Assembly (NCBI GenBank): GCA_046047415.1
Contig: JBJOHX010000025.1
Span: 46,052-110,051 of the forward strand
From: Bacteroidota bacterium
GTDB lineage: Bacteria > Bacteroidota > Bacteroidia > Flavobacteriales > Flavobacteriaceae
DNA length: 64,000 nucleotides
Reading direction: 5' to 3'
The notes under the pieces were generated by a model that was given only the letters and a program-made list of their open reading frames with translations, searched no databases and was not told the origin of the DNA. The stretch's first letter is position 1; each line of letters opens with the position of its first letter. Positions 32,183 to 41,363 of this stretch are shown piece after piece. Made by a program: the position numbers and the translations under genes.

Positions 32183-32917
32183 ATGAAATTTTACAAAAAT
32201 AAGACTGTTGTTTGGACTGTACTCTTTATAACACAACTCACAACGGCACAACTTACCTCTAATATTGAGCGCTTTACTGGCCAAGGGGTTGGCGGTTCTT
32301 TATTTGCCCAAATGCGTAAAGTCAAGGATATTAAGAGTGATTTACCCACCGTTGGTTCTGTGTATATTGACGAAACTTTTCAAGCATGTAAAATCTACTA
32401 TAATGAGGAACTAGTTGGCAACTTTTACTACCGCCACAATTCTTTTAACGACGAAATTGAGATTAAAGATTCCCCTACACAGAGTGACGAAGAAGTAAGC
32501 TCACTCATGGCTATGCGACAATTGAAACTTGTAGACGCTGCCTCAGAATCGGAACTGGGCCTGCATGTCTACCAAACCAAAGGCGATAATTTGCGCAATG
32601 GTTATCTCTATTTACTCCAAGCGGGTAAACGGTATAACTTATATTTCAAAAATAATGTCAAATACACCGAAGGAACCCACCCGGTTACCTCACTGACTCG
32701 TCCGACCCCCAATAAATTTTCACACTTTGTGGAATATTACATCAAAACGAACGGTCAGGAAACGGCTCAATTTATTGGGAAAAAAAGCGCTGACTTTGTA
32801 CGCCTTCTCGATGAAGACAACCGTACTCCGGTTCGAGACTATATAAAAGCGCAAAAGATAAGCCTAAAAGATCAGGCTGATCTTTTAAAACTAATGACAT
32901 ATATAGAAAGTCTTTAA
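32183..32917 (+). CDS. Hypothetical secreted protein
   Basis: ATG at 32183 gives a signal-peptide-like N-terminus, MKFYKNKTVVWTVLFITQLTTAQ. The track start at 32114 would overlap the upstream terminator. I recognise no family. Confidence 0.5.
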   Translation: MKFYKNKTVVWTVLFITQLTTAQLTSNIERFTGQGVGGSLFAQMRKVKDIKSDLPTVGSVYIDETFQACKIYYNEELVGNFYYRHNSFNDEIEIKDSPTQSDEEVSSLMAMRQLKLVDAASESELGLHVYQTKGDNLRNGYLYLLQAGKRYNLYFKNNVKYTEGTHPVTSLTRPTPNKFSHFVEYYIKTNGQETAQFIGKKSADFVRLLDEDNRTPVRDYIKAQKISLKDQADLLKLMTYIESL

Positions 32918-32934
32918 ACCTTACTCTTAAATAT

Positions 32935-32963
32935 AAAACCCAACTTTTGAGTTGGGTTTTTTT
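32935..32963 (+). terminator. Intrinsic terminator
   Basis: AAAACCCAAC-TTTTGA-GTTGGGTTTT followed by TTT. Confidence 0.8.
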
Positions 32964-33382
32964 ATATCGTACTGTTTCCTGTAAAAAAGGAGAGCATAAT
33001 ACCCGTGAACACCATTATTCCTTTAATCTAAATATAGAATAATATAAAGGTCTCTTTAATGGTACTGGGGTTGGTCTAGAAGATATTGGAACTTATGCGC
33101 AAATTGCGGTTTATAGTTAATATTGGAAAATACTGATAAGAAAAGGGCTCCAAAAAAAAGAGGAAATTCTATCCCGAAGGAGAATTCAAGTAGATCGCTT
33201 TATACGAAACTTTGCATATCGTAGGTACCTAAAACAACACTTCACCGATTTGGAAATTTGGGCAACACTAGTAAATTGAAAATTTAAGTCCGTACTTTGC
33301 GTATCCAAAAAGATACATTTACAAGCATACACAACCGCAGGTCAATGGCCGTAGCAACCAAATCATTAACTTCAGTAAAACA

Positions 33383-34132
33383 TTGAAAACAGAATCCAAT
33401 CTCGTATACGGAATTAGAAGCATTATGGAAGCCATTCAATCCGGAATGCCTGTCTATAAAGTATACCTTCAAGCAGGTTTAAGAGGTTCGCTGTTTACTG
33501 AATTGGAGAAACTAATTAGAAACAGTGGCATCTCCGTTTCCTATGTGCCAATTGAAAAATTAAAAAAATTCACCCCCCAGAATCATCAGGGCGCTGTGGC
33601 ACAAATTAGTCCAATTGCCTTTCATGAATTTGAACCCCTAGCAGAAAGCATTATTGCTAAAGAAACTTCCCCATTGTTTTTATTACTGGATCATATAACA
33701 GATGTTCGAAACTTTGGTGCGATACTAAGAACGGCGGAGTGTTGTGGTGTTCATGCCGTCATAGTCCCGGGAAAAGGGGCTGCACCGCTCAATCAAGACA
33801 CCATTAAAACATCTGCTGGTGCAGCCTTTCGTGTTCCAATTTGTCGTACTGACCACTTGCTAGATGCCATCTACTATTTATCATCTAGCGGCGTAACAAT
33901 GGTTGCGGCAACTGAAAAAACGGAGTCGTCAATTTACGATCTTGATCTTAGAGGCCCCCTAGCCCTTATTATGGGCTCAGAAGATCGAGGTATTGCCCCT
34001 GCTATTTTAAAAACAGTAGAACACAAAGGGAAATTACCCCTTTTGGGAGCGATTGGATCACTGAACGTGTCCGTGGCCTGTGGGGCTATGCTATATGAGA
34101 TAGTGCGTCAGCGCATAAATGCAGCAGAGTAA
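33383..34132 (+). CDS. rlmB: SpoU/TrmH-family RNA 2'-O-methyltransferase, RlmB-like
   Basis: 249 aa with a TTG start (alternative ATG at 33425). Motifs seen: VYGIRSIMEAI, GNFGAILRTAE-like (RNFGAILRTAE), IMGSEDRGI and LNVSVACGAMLYE. Confidence 0.75.
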   Translation: MKTESNLVYGIRSIMEAIQSGMPVYKVYLQAGLRGSLFTELEKLIRNSGISVSYVPIEKLKKFTPQNHQGAVAQISPIAFHEFEPLAESIIAKETSPLFLLLDHITDVRNFGAILRTAECCGVHAVIVPGKGAAPLNQDTIKTSAGAAFRVPICRTDHLLDAIYYLSSSGVTMVAATEKTESSIYDLDLRGPLALIMGSEDRGIAPAILKTVEHKGKLPLLGAIGSLNVSVACGAMLYEIVRQRINAAE

Positions 34133-34148
34133 TCCAATTAGTTTAGAA

Positions 34149-34865
34149 TTACTTGGATTTAGGCCCTTTATCTGAATTCACATCATTTATTTCTCTTGCT
34201 TCGGATTGGGGTACAAAATTTCCCGATGCATCAAAATGTTTTAGAAATGGGTCTTTATTTGGGTCAAAATCTTCCTGCTCCCATTCGTATTTGGCAAGTT
34301 CTTTAGTATGCCCTCGAAGTAATAAGGCCAACAGTAATCCGCTACCCGTGCCCGAAAGATGACTTTCCCAGGAGATTCCCTCCTGAATCGGTAAAATATA
34401 CCAAATCATACCGCCGTAGAGAAACACTACGAGCAAGGATAACGCCATATGCCGGTAATATCCTGAAAATAAACCATTAAAAAAGATATAACTGGCCAGA
34501 AAATAAATGAGCCCACTTGCACCAATATGCAAGGTTGAACGTCCAATGACCCAGGTTATAAACCCCGTCACCAATCCACCAATCAATAAAATCCGATAGA
34601 TTTTATGAGGGTAAAAGTATGTCGACAGACCAAGTAAAACTGCTAGAGGGATGCTGTTGCTGTACAAATGAGCCGCAGACGCGTGAATAAAAGGACTACA
34701 TAATATTCCTATCAACCCAAACAATTTCCGCGGATAAATCCCCAAAAAATTAAAATTGACCCCAAATCGGATTTCTATCCAAAAAACCGTCCAAAGTCCA
34801 AAAAGGACAAGAACTGGTAAATTCAATACATGATTCGGAAATTTTATCTTATCTGTTTTTGACAT
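34149..34865 (-). CDS. Rhomboid-family intramembrane serine protease
   Basis: 238 aa, multi-pass. GASGLIY carries the catalytic Ser in a GxSG context, and a His lies in ESHLSGTGSG. Confidence 0.8.
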   Translation of the reverse strand: MSKTDKIKFPNHVLNLPVLVLFGLWTVFWIEIRFGVNFNFLGIYPRKLFGLIGILCSPFIHASAAHLYSNSIPLAVLLGLSTYFYPHKIYRILLIGGLVTGFITWVIGRSTLHIGASGLIYFLASYIFFNGLFSGYYRHMALSLLVVFLYGGMIWYILPIQEGISWESHLSGTGSGLLLALLLRGHTKELAKYEWEQEDFDPNKDPFLKHFDASGNFVPQSEAREINDVNSDKGPKSK

Positions 34866-34952
34866 AAAGTATAAGTTACAATTTCTGCAGCGAATCGAAA
34901 TCAGAAAAGGGTAAAACCCTATGAAACAACGGAAATGTAGTATTTTTAATTT

Positions 34953-36230
34953 ATGAATGAACCACTCGCAGAACGCATACGGCCCAAATCACTACAAGAG
35001 TATATTAGCCAAGGACATCTGGTAGGACCGAATGGTTCGCTAACGACCCAAATGCGTTCCGGTGTAATTCCTTCATTAATTCTTTGGGGTCCTCCGGGTA
35101 CGGGAAAAACAACTTTGGCTCAAATCATTGCAATTGAAAGTGGCAGACCTTTCTATACTCTTTCTGCCATTAATAGTGGGGTTAAAGATGTACGGGAAGT
35201 CATAGATAAAGCTCGGCAAAGCGGTGGATTATTTACAACCAAGAATCCAATATTGTTTATCGACGAAATTCACAGATTTAGTAAGTCACAACAAGATTCT
35301 CTACTCGCCGCAGTTGAAAAAGGTTGGGTTACGCTAATAGGTGCAACTACGGAAAACCCTAGCTTTGAGGTGATACCTGCTCTTTTATCGCGTTGTCAAG
35401 TATATACCTTAAACTCCTTTGACTCCCAAGAGTTAAAACAGTTATTGCAACGGGCCATGGAGCAAGATTCTTGGTTGCAACAACACAGTATTAAAATTAT
35501 TGAAACCGAGGCACTATTACGCCTTTCCGGAGGGGATGCCCGTAAACTCTTAAACATTTTTGAATTGGTAGTTGGGGCTACGGAGTCTTCCAGCATTGAA
35601 ATCACCAATGAACTCGTAATGCGCCTGGTACAGGAATCACCGGCACGATACGATAAAACAGGAGAGCAACATTACGATATTATCTCTGCCTTTATTAAAT
35701 CGATACGTGGAAGTGATCCCAATGCGGCCGTGTATTGGCTGGCTCGCATGATCGCTGGAGGAGAGGATGTTAAATTTATTGCCCGACGAATGATTATTTC
35801 TGCCTCCGAAGATATTGGTCTGGCCAATCCAACTGCACTAGTAATGGCAACTACGACCTTTCAGGCAGTTCAAGTAATTGGATACCCCGAAGCACGTATA
35901 ATATTAAGCCAATGTGCTATTTATTTGGCAACAAGCCCCAAGAGCAACAGTAGTTATACAGCCATTGGCAAGGCGATTGAAGCCGTTCAGAAGACAGGAG
36001 ACTTACCAGTTCCATTCGCATTGCGCAATGCCCCTACAAAATTGATGGAAACATTGGGTTACGGGGCAGAATACCACTATGCCCATGATTTCCCTGGTAA
36101 TTTTGTCAATATGGAATTTCTGCCCGAGGCACTTTCCGGAACATCTTTTTACAAACACAGTAAGAATTCTAGAGAAGAAGGCATTGCTGATTTTCTTCGG
36201 AACCGCTGGAAAGGAAAATACGATTATTAA
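34953..36230 (+). CDS. rarA: Replication-associated recombination protein A (AAA+ ATPase)
   Basis: 425 aa with Walker [10 protein letters not shown], Walker B FIDEIHRF, and the typical C-terminal MgsA region ([26 protein letters not shown]). Confidence 0.93.
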   Translation: MNEPLAERIRPKSLQEYISQGHLVGPNGSLTTQMRSGVIPSLILWGPPGTGKTTLAQIIAIESGRPFYTLSAINSGVKDVREVIDKARQSGGLFTTKNPILFIDEIHRFSKSQQDSLLAAVEKGWVTLIGATTENPSFEVIPALLSRCQVYTLNSFDSQELKQLLQRAMEQDSWLQQHSIKIIETEALLRLSGGDARKLLNIFELVVGATESSSIEITNELVMRLVQESPARYDKTGEQHYDIISAFIKSIRGSDPNAAVYWLARMIAGGEDVKFIARRMIISASEDIGLANPTALVMATTTFQAVQVIGYPEARIILSQCAIYLATSPKSNSSYTAIGKAIEAVQKTGDLPVPFALRNAPTKLMETLGYGAEYHYAHDFPGNFVNMEFLPEALSGTSFYKHSKNSREEGIADFLRNRWKGKYDY

Positions 36231-37042
36231 AACTTAATGTGTAGTATTTCCTGAACGAGTTCAGTGCCATTCAAAAATTCGCGAACCCAAACGCCATCTG
36301 ACTTAAATACCGTCCCACTATTTTGTCCGTTAATAACGGCAAGAAATGTATCGGATTTAGAGGTCTTAATTAATAGCATGCGAATACTTGGAACGTTATC
36401 TACCAACTGATATCCGCTATCTGTAGGCTGTGCATAGAGATAATCAAGGGCCGGAAGTGCCTGTTCCACTTGGGCTGCCCCATTTAATTCTCCTGCTTCC
36501 ATAATAGGTTCAATTATAGCATCCGCAGTTGGTTGTGGCAATTCTTCAACAAGAGGAACAATATCCGCATCTTGGGCTGCTACATCTTGATTTGTTACGT
36601 CTTTAGACGGGGGAGTATATTGGTAGTTGATCCCGTTAATAGAACTAAATGCAGCCATTAAGGCTTCTTTATAAGCTTCTAAATAGTCCTTGGACTTGCT
36701 TGTACCCTCTACTGTTTCTAAAATAAGTTTGCCCTCACAATCGACAAGTTCAATACGAACCCGTGTCAAAAATACGCCAGAGGTATCGAATAGGCGCACA
36801 AATGCCCCCAAACAGGGGTCTACACGAAGCTCAGTGGGTTGATGGGTGTCGTATACCGTTGGAATCTCTTGCTGCGTAAATAGGTATTTTATAATGGTAC
36901 TGGTTTGGTACTGGTTGGATTTTTTGTAATCCTCAAAATGTGCGGGCACCACTACATATTTATATGAATTTAACTGACCAAATACCGAAGTGCCTAAAAA
37001 TAAAAACGCTATGGAGATTAAGCTCCGACCTATCCCAATCAT
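36227..37042 (-). CDS. Hypothetical secreted protein
   Basis: 271 aa with a signal peptide (MIGIGRSLISIAFLFLGTSVFGQ) and an acidic, Pro-rich linker in the middle. I recognise no family. Its stop codon overlaps the rarA stop. Confidence 0.5.
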   Translation of the reverse strand: MIGIGRSLISIAFLFLGTSVFGQLNSYKYVVVPAHFEDYKKSNQYQTSTIIKYLFTQQEIPTVYDTHQPTELRVDPCLGAFVRLFDTSGVFLTRVRIELVDCEGKLILETVEGTSKSKDYLEAYKEALMAAFSSINGINYQYTPPSKDVTNQDVAAQDADIVPLVEELPQPTADAIIEPIMEAGELNGAAQVEQALPALDYLYAQPTDSGYQLVDNVPSIRMLLIKTSKSDTFLAVINGQNSGTVFKSDGVWVREFLNGTELVQEILHIKF

Positions 37043-37062
37043 CTTTTAAAAAGCAAGTTAGA

Positions 37063-38514
37063 CTACCAAGATAGGATATTTAATCCGAACTGAAAAGACG
37101 CCAATTTTGATCCCTTTAAGTTTTGGCATGCTAGAAAATTATCTGCCAACAAATAGCATTCAAAAGGACCGACCTGGAAATTTACTCCTAAGCCAAGGTT
37201 TGTTTTACTGAACTTATCTACCGTATAGGTGGCCTTTAGCCCTGTTTTTCGTGTTAATTGCCTTTGATAAAACACGGAAAGGGCAGTTTGGGGGCCTTTA
37301 GGCCTAGTAATGGCATAGACTTGAGTACCAATGGCATTTCGGAAAGGACTACGCTTAATAGGACGTAATTTTGAAGGAATACAACTACATTCATAAGAGT
37401 AATCCTTTGGTTCTTCCACTTGATTTCCGAAATTATATCTAACAGCGCCGTAGAACCGAGTTGGATTAAAGGTTAAGTAGGAATCTCGATTTTCTACTAT
37501 AGGTACCATATTTTTGATTTGGTCTACGAGGTTTTGCCAAAAAGCGGAGTCGGCTCCGGAGAGCGCATCGCTTTGTATAGGATTTACATTTCCAAGGGTT
37601 TGTTGACCTCTAAGGACAACATTTCGAATTGTTGTTTTATTGGAACTAAAACCCCAATCCAATAAACTTCCTGTAACCCAAAGTTGGTCGGAAAGTTTAT
37701 GTGAAAAACCAACGTCTACCCCAAGTCCCAGGTTGCCTCCTAATAACCCGGAGCCAATGGCTGAATTTAAAATCTCGGTTTCGGGATTGGCCACACCCGA
37801 AGTGATTATCTCACGAAACCCCTCTAATCCGGAGGTTTGTAATCGCATATTTGCAATCAAGGTATGGTTTTGTAAACCACCGGTCCCTGAATCGGTTATA
37901 AAGAACCCTGAGTTCCTGGTACTTGTGAAGTTATAAATGCCGCTGTACACTTTTAATCTAATACCTGCAGTCCAATACTTATTGATATTACGATTCATTC
38001 CTACATGCAATACATTTCTTAAGTACCCTTGTAGATTAAGATGCCCCAAATTAATAGTACTATTTTTTGGCCCGAGATTTCCATCCCAGCCCAAGGCTAC
38101 TAAATCTTCAGGCCAATACAACTGGTGGTCGGCCTCCAAATACATACCTAAGGAATAAAAATTTTGCAGATTTTTTTGACCCCGAAATCCAAAATTAATC
38201 AGATCCACATGCAGGTTTGCTCCAAATTCATCCTGGGAGGTAAGATTATAAAGCGCATTTAAACGAACCTTGTTCGTAAAAACAATTCCGTCGTTTGCAA
38301 ACAGGTCGTTATAGGTTAATTTACTGCTTCGGGCCTGGGCCCAAATTCCAGAAACCAGTGGAATACCCGAATACCAATTATAGCTTACCCTTGCTCCGGG
38401 GTTTATAAGCAATGCCTGAGGCACCTCATCGAATCCAAATAGCAATGGATGATACTGCGCTTCGGTCCTTAAAAAGGCTAAAAAGCAACAAAATAAAACC
38501 GCGTATCGGTGCAT
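37063..38514 (-). CDS. Putative outer-membrane beta-barrel protein (uncharacterised family)
   Basis: ATG at 38514 gives a signal peptide, MHRYAVLFCCFLAFLRTEAQ; the track start at 38544 is a TTG. The sequence alternates Gly and aromatic residues and ends in an aromatic residue (FQFGLNILSW), typical of an OMP beta-signal. Confidence 0.45.
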   Translation of the reverse strand: MHRYAVLFCCFLAFLRTEAQYHPLLFGFDEVPQALLINPGARVSYNWYSGIPLVSGIWAQARSSKLTYNDLFANDGIVFTNKVRLNALYNLTSQDEFGANLHVDLINFGFRGQKNLQNFYSLGMYLEADHQLYWPEDLVALGWDGNLGPKNSTINLGHLNLQGYLRNVLHVGMNRNINKYWTAGIRLKVYSGIYNFTSTRNSGFFITDSGTGGLQNHTLIANMRLQTSGLEGFREIITSGVANPETEILNSAIGSGLLGGNLGLGVDVGFSHKLSDQLWVTGSLLDWGFSSNKTTIRNVVLRGQQTLGNVNPIQSDALSGADSAFWQNLVDQIKNMVPIVENRDSYLTFNPTRFYGAVRYNFGNQVEEPKDYSYECSCIPSKLRPIKRSPFRNAIGTQVYAITRPKGPQTALSVFYQRQLTRKTGLKATYTVDKFSKTNLGLGVNFQVGPFECYLLADNFLACQNLKGSKLASFQFGLNILSW

Positions 38515-38614
38515 TAAAAAGATGTTAAAGGCAGCAAGTTCCAAATATCGGAATACCCCTTAGGCAGGTTGTGTGAAGCCTGAAACCACAGGCAATTGCT
38601 CGGTATCGTAAACG

Positions 38615-39304
38615 TTACAATTTGCCTTTTATTTCTCCTAATTGATAGATAATTGGGCAATAATTGTGAGCAGGATCATTGTGTACGTTTAAATGAATAG
38701 CTTGCATCCCTGTTGCTAGAGCCCCCAATATGTCTGCTTCCAGATTATCGCCGATCATAATCGCGTTTTCTGGTGCAACCCGAGCTGCATCCATAGCGAG
38801 CTTAAAAATTTGAGGGTGAGGTTTTTGAACTCCAGCGCGTTCCGAAGGCACCACTTCCAAGAAATAATTCGCTATTCCGGAATTTTTTAGTTTGCGCTGT
38901 TGAACTTCTTCAAATCCGTTGGTAATTACATGTAACCTATACTGCGGTTTTAGATACTTGAGAATTTCTAACGCATCGGGCATTAAATGGGTTTGTTCAC
39001 CCAAAATTTCGATGTAATCCTCTGCGATCAGATTTATGGCATTGTCTGAAACAGGATAACCTAAATGGTCAAAAACGTCTCGAAGTCTCCTGTATCGCAA
39101 TAATTCTTTGTTGATTTTACCTTCGCGGTACAACTTCCAATACTCCAGGTTCCGTGGAATGTATTCTTGTAGAAAATCATTGATTTCTAAATCAATTCGG
39201 TGATTTTGAAACAATTTGGAATACGCAATGGCAGAATTGCGCTCAAAATCCCAAAGCGTGTGATCCAAATCGAAGAAAACATCTGTAATTCCGGGCCTAA
39301 GCAT
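38615..39304 (-). CDS. HAD-superfamily hydrolase, YjjG-like nucleotidase subfamily
   Basis: 229 aa with HAD motif I (FFDLDHTLWDF) and motif IV (GDNLEADILGA). Confidence 0.75.
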   Translation of the reverse strand: MLRPGITDVFFDLDHTLWDFERNSAIAYSKLFQNHRIDLEINDFLQEYIPRNLEYWKLYREGKINKELLRYRRLRDVFDHLGYPVSDNAINLIAEDYIEILGEQTHLMPDALEILKYLKPQYRLHVITNGFEEVQQRKLKNSGIANYFLEVVPSERAGVQKPHPQIFKLAMDAARVAPENAIMIGDNLEADILGALATGMQAIHLNVHNDPAHNYCPIIYQLGEIKGKL

Positions 39305-40598
39305 GGTAGTTCTTTAAAATATGTTCGTAGTGGTCCATCCCAGTTAGTGCAGATGCCCCACCCAAGAGCTCGTTCGAAAAAACGCAACAAAAATTTCCGT
39401 TGACATCTTTTATGGACTCATAAATTCGACTAAATGCCTCTAAAATAGCTGAATTGTTTGGGAAGTTTAACAATGCATAATCGTGAATAGCAAAAGGAAT
39501 GATTCGAACCGGCTGAATGGATTCGAGTGCCAAATCATAAAAAAAGAATGGCATGCATGTACTCGCTCTAAATCCGATTTGGTGCGTATATCCCAAAGAA
39601 AAATCTTCCTGAAATTCCGCTAAGGCCAGATCCCGATAGGTTTGTGGAATATCTACGCGATTGAAGCGCATTCTACAAGTATCTACGCTGCGATGTATCA
39701 CCTCGGATAAATTATTTTTTTCCTGTTTTAGGAGATCCGGATTATTAAATGCCGAATAGGAAGCCGAAAGCCCGATTGGAGCGTAGTCACCAACCGATTT
39801 AATTAACGCCTGAAAGGTCTGATTGTGAATAGAAATGTTTTTGTCGTAGGTAGAATAGGAAGCAAACTGAAAAAAAAACCGAACTTCTACAGGATAGGTT
39901 TTATGCAAGTCTATCAACCGCATAAAATTATCGTAGGGATCGGTCATGAGTTGAAAATTCACCTTGATACGCTCCCAAACTTTTTTGAATTGGAATTGCG
40001 AAAGATCCAAAATCAAACCGCCCAAACTGCGAAATAATCCCCGATGCGCATAGGCATGAGAGGTAGTTACATCAATTACGGGTTGAAATTTATACGGTTG
40101 AGGATTTGCCTGAATTTCAGGAAATCGTTCCTGTAAAACTGAAAGTAATTTATAAGCCCACATCTCAACCAATGGCAAATGTAAGAAGCCTTGTTGGTAA
40201 GCTAGGCTCTCTGAAGGGGGAAACCTTCCGTGCTCATCTCGAAGGTGCGGCAGGTATTCCTCATAGCGGCTAATAAGATAAAAAGAGGCCGCAAAAACAT
40301 CAAATGGTATATTGCTGCGGTCTCCGGTTTTGAAAAATGCAGGAATGCCATCCCAATCTCCCATTTGCACCGATACTGGATCTACACCAACCCGAAAGAG
40401 TAACTCGTGATTTCGAATGAAAAATTCATTTTGAAGTGGCTGGCGGGTATACGTGATTTTAGGTCCTTTATGCCCTATAAAATCCTCTATACGAGTGGTG
40501 AACGCTACCTGGATTCCTAAAATTCGTGTAAAAATATGTTTGGCGACATAACCAAACCGCGGCGTAATTTTATGTGTGTAAATTAATAGTACAGTCAC
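39297..40598 (-). CDS. Polysaccharide-deacetylase-like protein with a DUF7033-like N-terminal domain
   Basis: 433 aa. The pattern DVFAASFYLISRYEEYLP ... DEHGRFPPSESLA ... GFRASTCMPFFFYD is recalled from deacetylase-fold hypothetical proteins of Bacteroidota; this has not been checked by search. It overlaps the HAD gene by 8 nt. Confidence 0.45.
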   Translation of the reverse strand: MTVLLIYTHKITPRFGYVAKHIFTRILGIQVAFTTRIEDFIGHKGPKITYTRQPLQNEFFIRNHELLFRVGVDPVSVQMGDWDGIPAFFKTGDRSNIPFDVFAASFYLISRYEEYLPHLRDEHGRFPPSESLAYQQGFLHLPLVEMWAYKLLSVLQERFPEIQANPQPYKFQPVIDVTTSHAYAHRGLFRSLGGLILDLSQFQFKKVWERIKVNFQLMTDPYDNFMRLIDLHKTYPVEVRFFFQFASYSTYDKNISIHNQTFQALIKSVGDYAPIGLSASYSAFNNPDLLKQEKNNLSEVIHRSVDTCRMRFNRVDIPQTYRDLALAEFQEDFSLGYTHQIGFRASTCMPFFFYDLALESIQPVRIIPFAIHDYALLNFPNNSAILEAFSRIYESIKDVNGNFCCVFSNELLGGASALTGMDHYEHILKNYHA

Positions 40599-40601
40599 GA
40601 A

Positions 40602-41297
40602 CTAAAGTATTTGTTCATCTGCAAAGCTAAAATATTCCCCGCCACTTAGAATAATATGATCTAAAACCCGAATATCCATTGTTTCAGAGGCCTTTTTTAC
40701 CTTTTTTGTTATCTCAAGATCTGCGCGACTAGGTTTTAAATTTCCAGAGGGGTGATTGTGGGACAAAATGAGCCCTATCGCTCCCGATTCCAAAGCCTTC
40801 TTAAGTAATATACGCACGTCTACCAAAGTGCCGGTAAGCCCACCTTTACTGAGTTGAAAGGCAGTAATAACCCTGTTGGCATTGTTTAGACAAAGCACCC
40901 AAAACTCTTCGTGATCTAAATGTGCCAGCAGCGGCTTAAGTTGGTAATAAGCATCCCTGCTTTCCCGAATTGGAGCAGCACGTTCCAAGGGTTCTGAAAA
41001 CCTACGGGCAATTTCAAAAATTGCAGCCAGTGTAGCTGCACGGGCCGGGCCTACTCCTTTGAATTGTTGCAATCGCGCTACAGAGATGCGAGAAATACCC
41101 CAAAATCCATGTCCACTTTCACGAAGCAGGCGACGGGCCAAGTCCAAGGCGTTTTCCTCACGCGTTCCGGATCCTATAACTATTGCGAGTAATTCCGCAT
41201 CTGTGAGCGGGGCGCACCCTTGCTCCAATAGTCGTTCACGTGGGCGTTCAGTCTGAGTCCAATCCTTAATATTTCTACCGGGATCTGATGTTTTCAT
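40602..41297 (-). CDS. radC: RadC-family JAB/MPN-domain protein
   Basis: ATG at 41297 gives MKTSDPGRNIKDW. It has an HhH-like N-terminal region and the JAMM motif HNHPSGNLKPSRADLEITK. Confidence 0.85.
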   Translation of the reverse strand: MKTSDPGRNIKDWTQTERPRERLLEQGCAPLTDAELLAIVIGSGTREENALDLARRLLRESGHGFWGISRISVARLQQFKGVGPARAATLAAIFEIARRFSEPLERAAPIRESRDAYYQLKPLLAHLDHEEFWVLCLNNANRVITAFQLSKGGLTGTLVDVRILLKKALESGAIGLILSHNHPSGNLKPSRADLEITKKVKKASETMDIRVLDHIILSGGEYFSFADEQIL

Positions 41298-41363
41298 ACT
41301 CCCGAAGTATACCGAAATTGGATGCAAAACCCTATCAGGGAAAAAAAATATTCAAGGCGGTAA

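Noticed and set aside
33050-33120. Short open frame ending ...YKGLFNGTGVGLEDIGTYAQIAVYS-stop in the silent gap; a possible gene remnant.
   Set aside because: It has no start codon, is bounded by an in-frame stop about 25 codons upstream, and is too short to recognise. It is mentioned only as part of the silent-gap finding.
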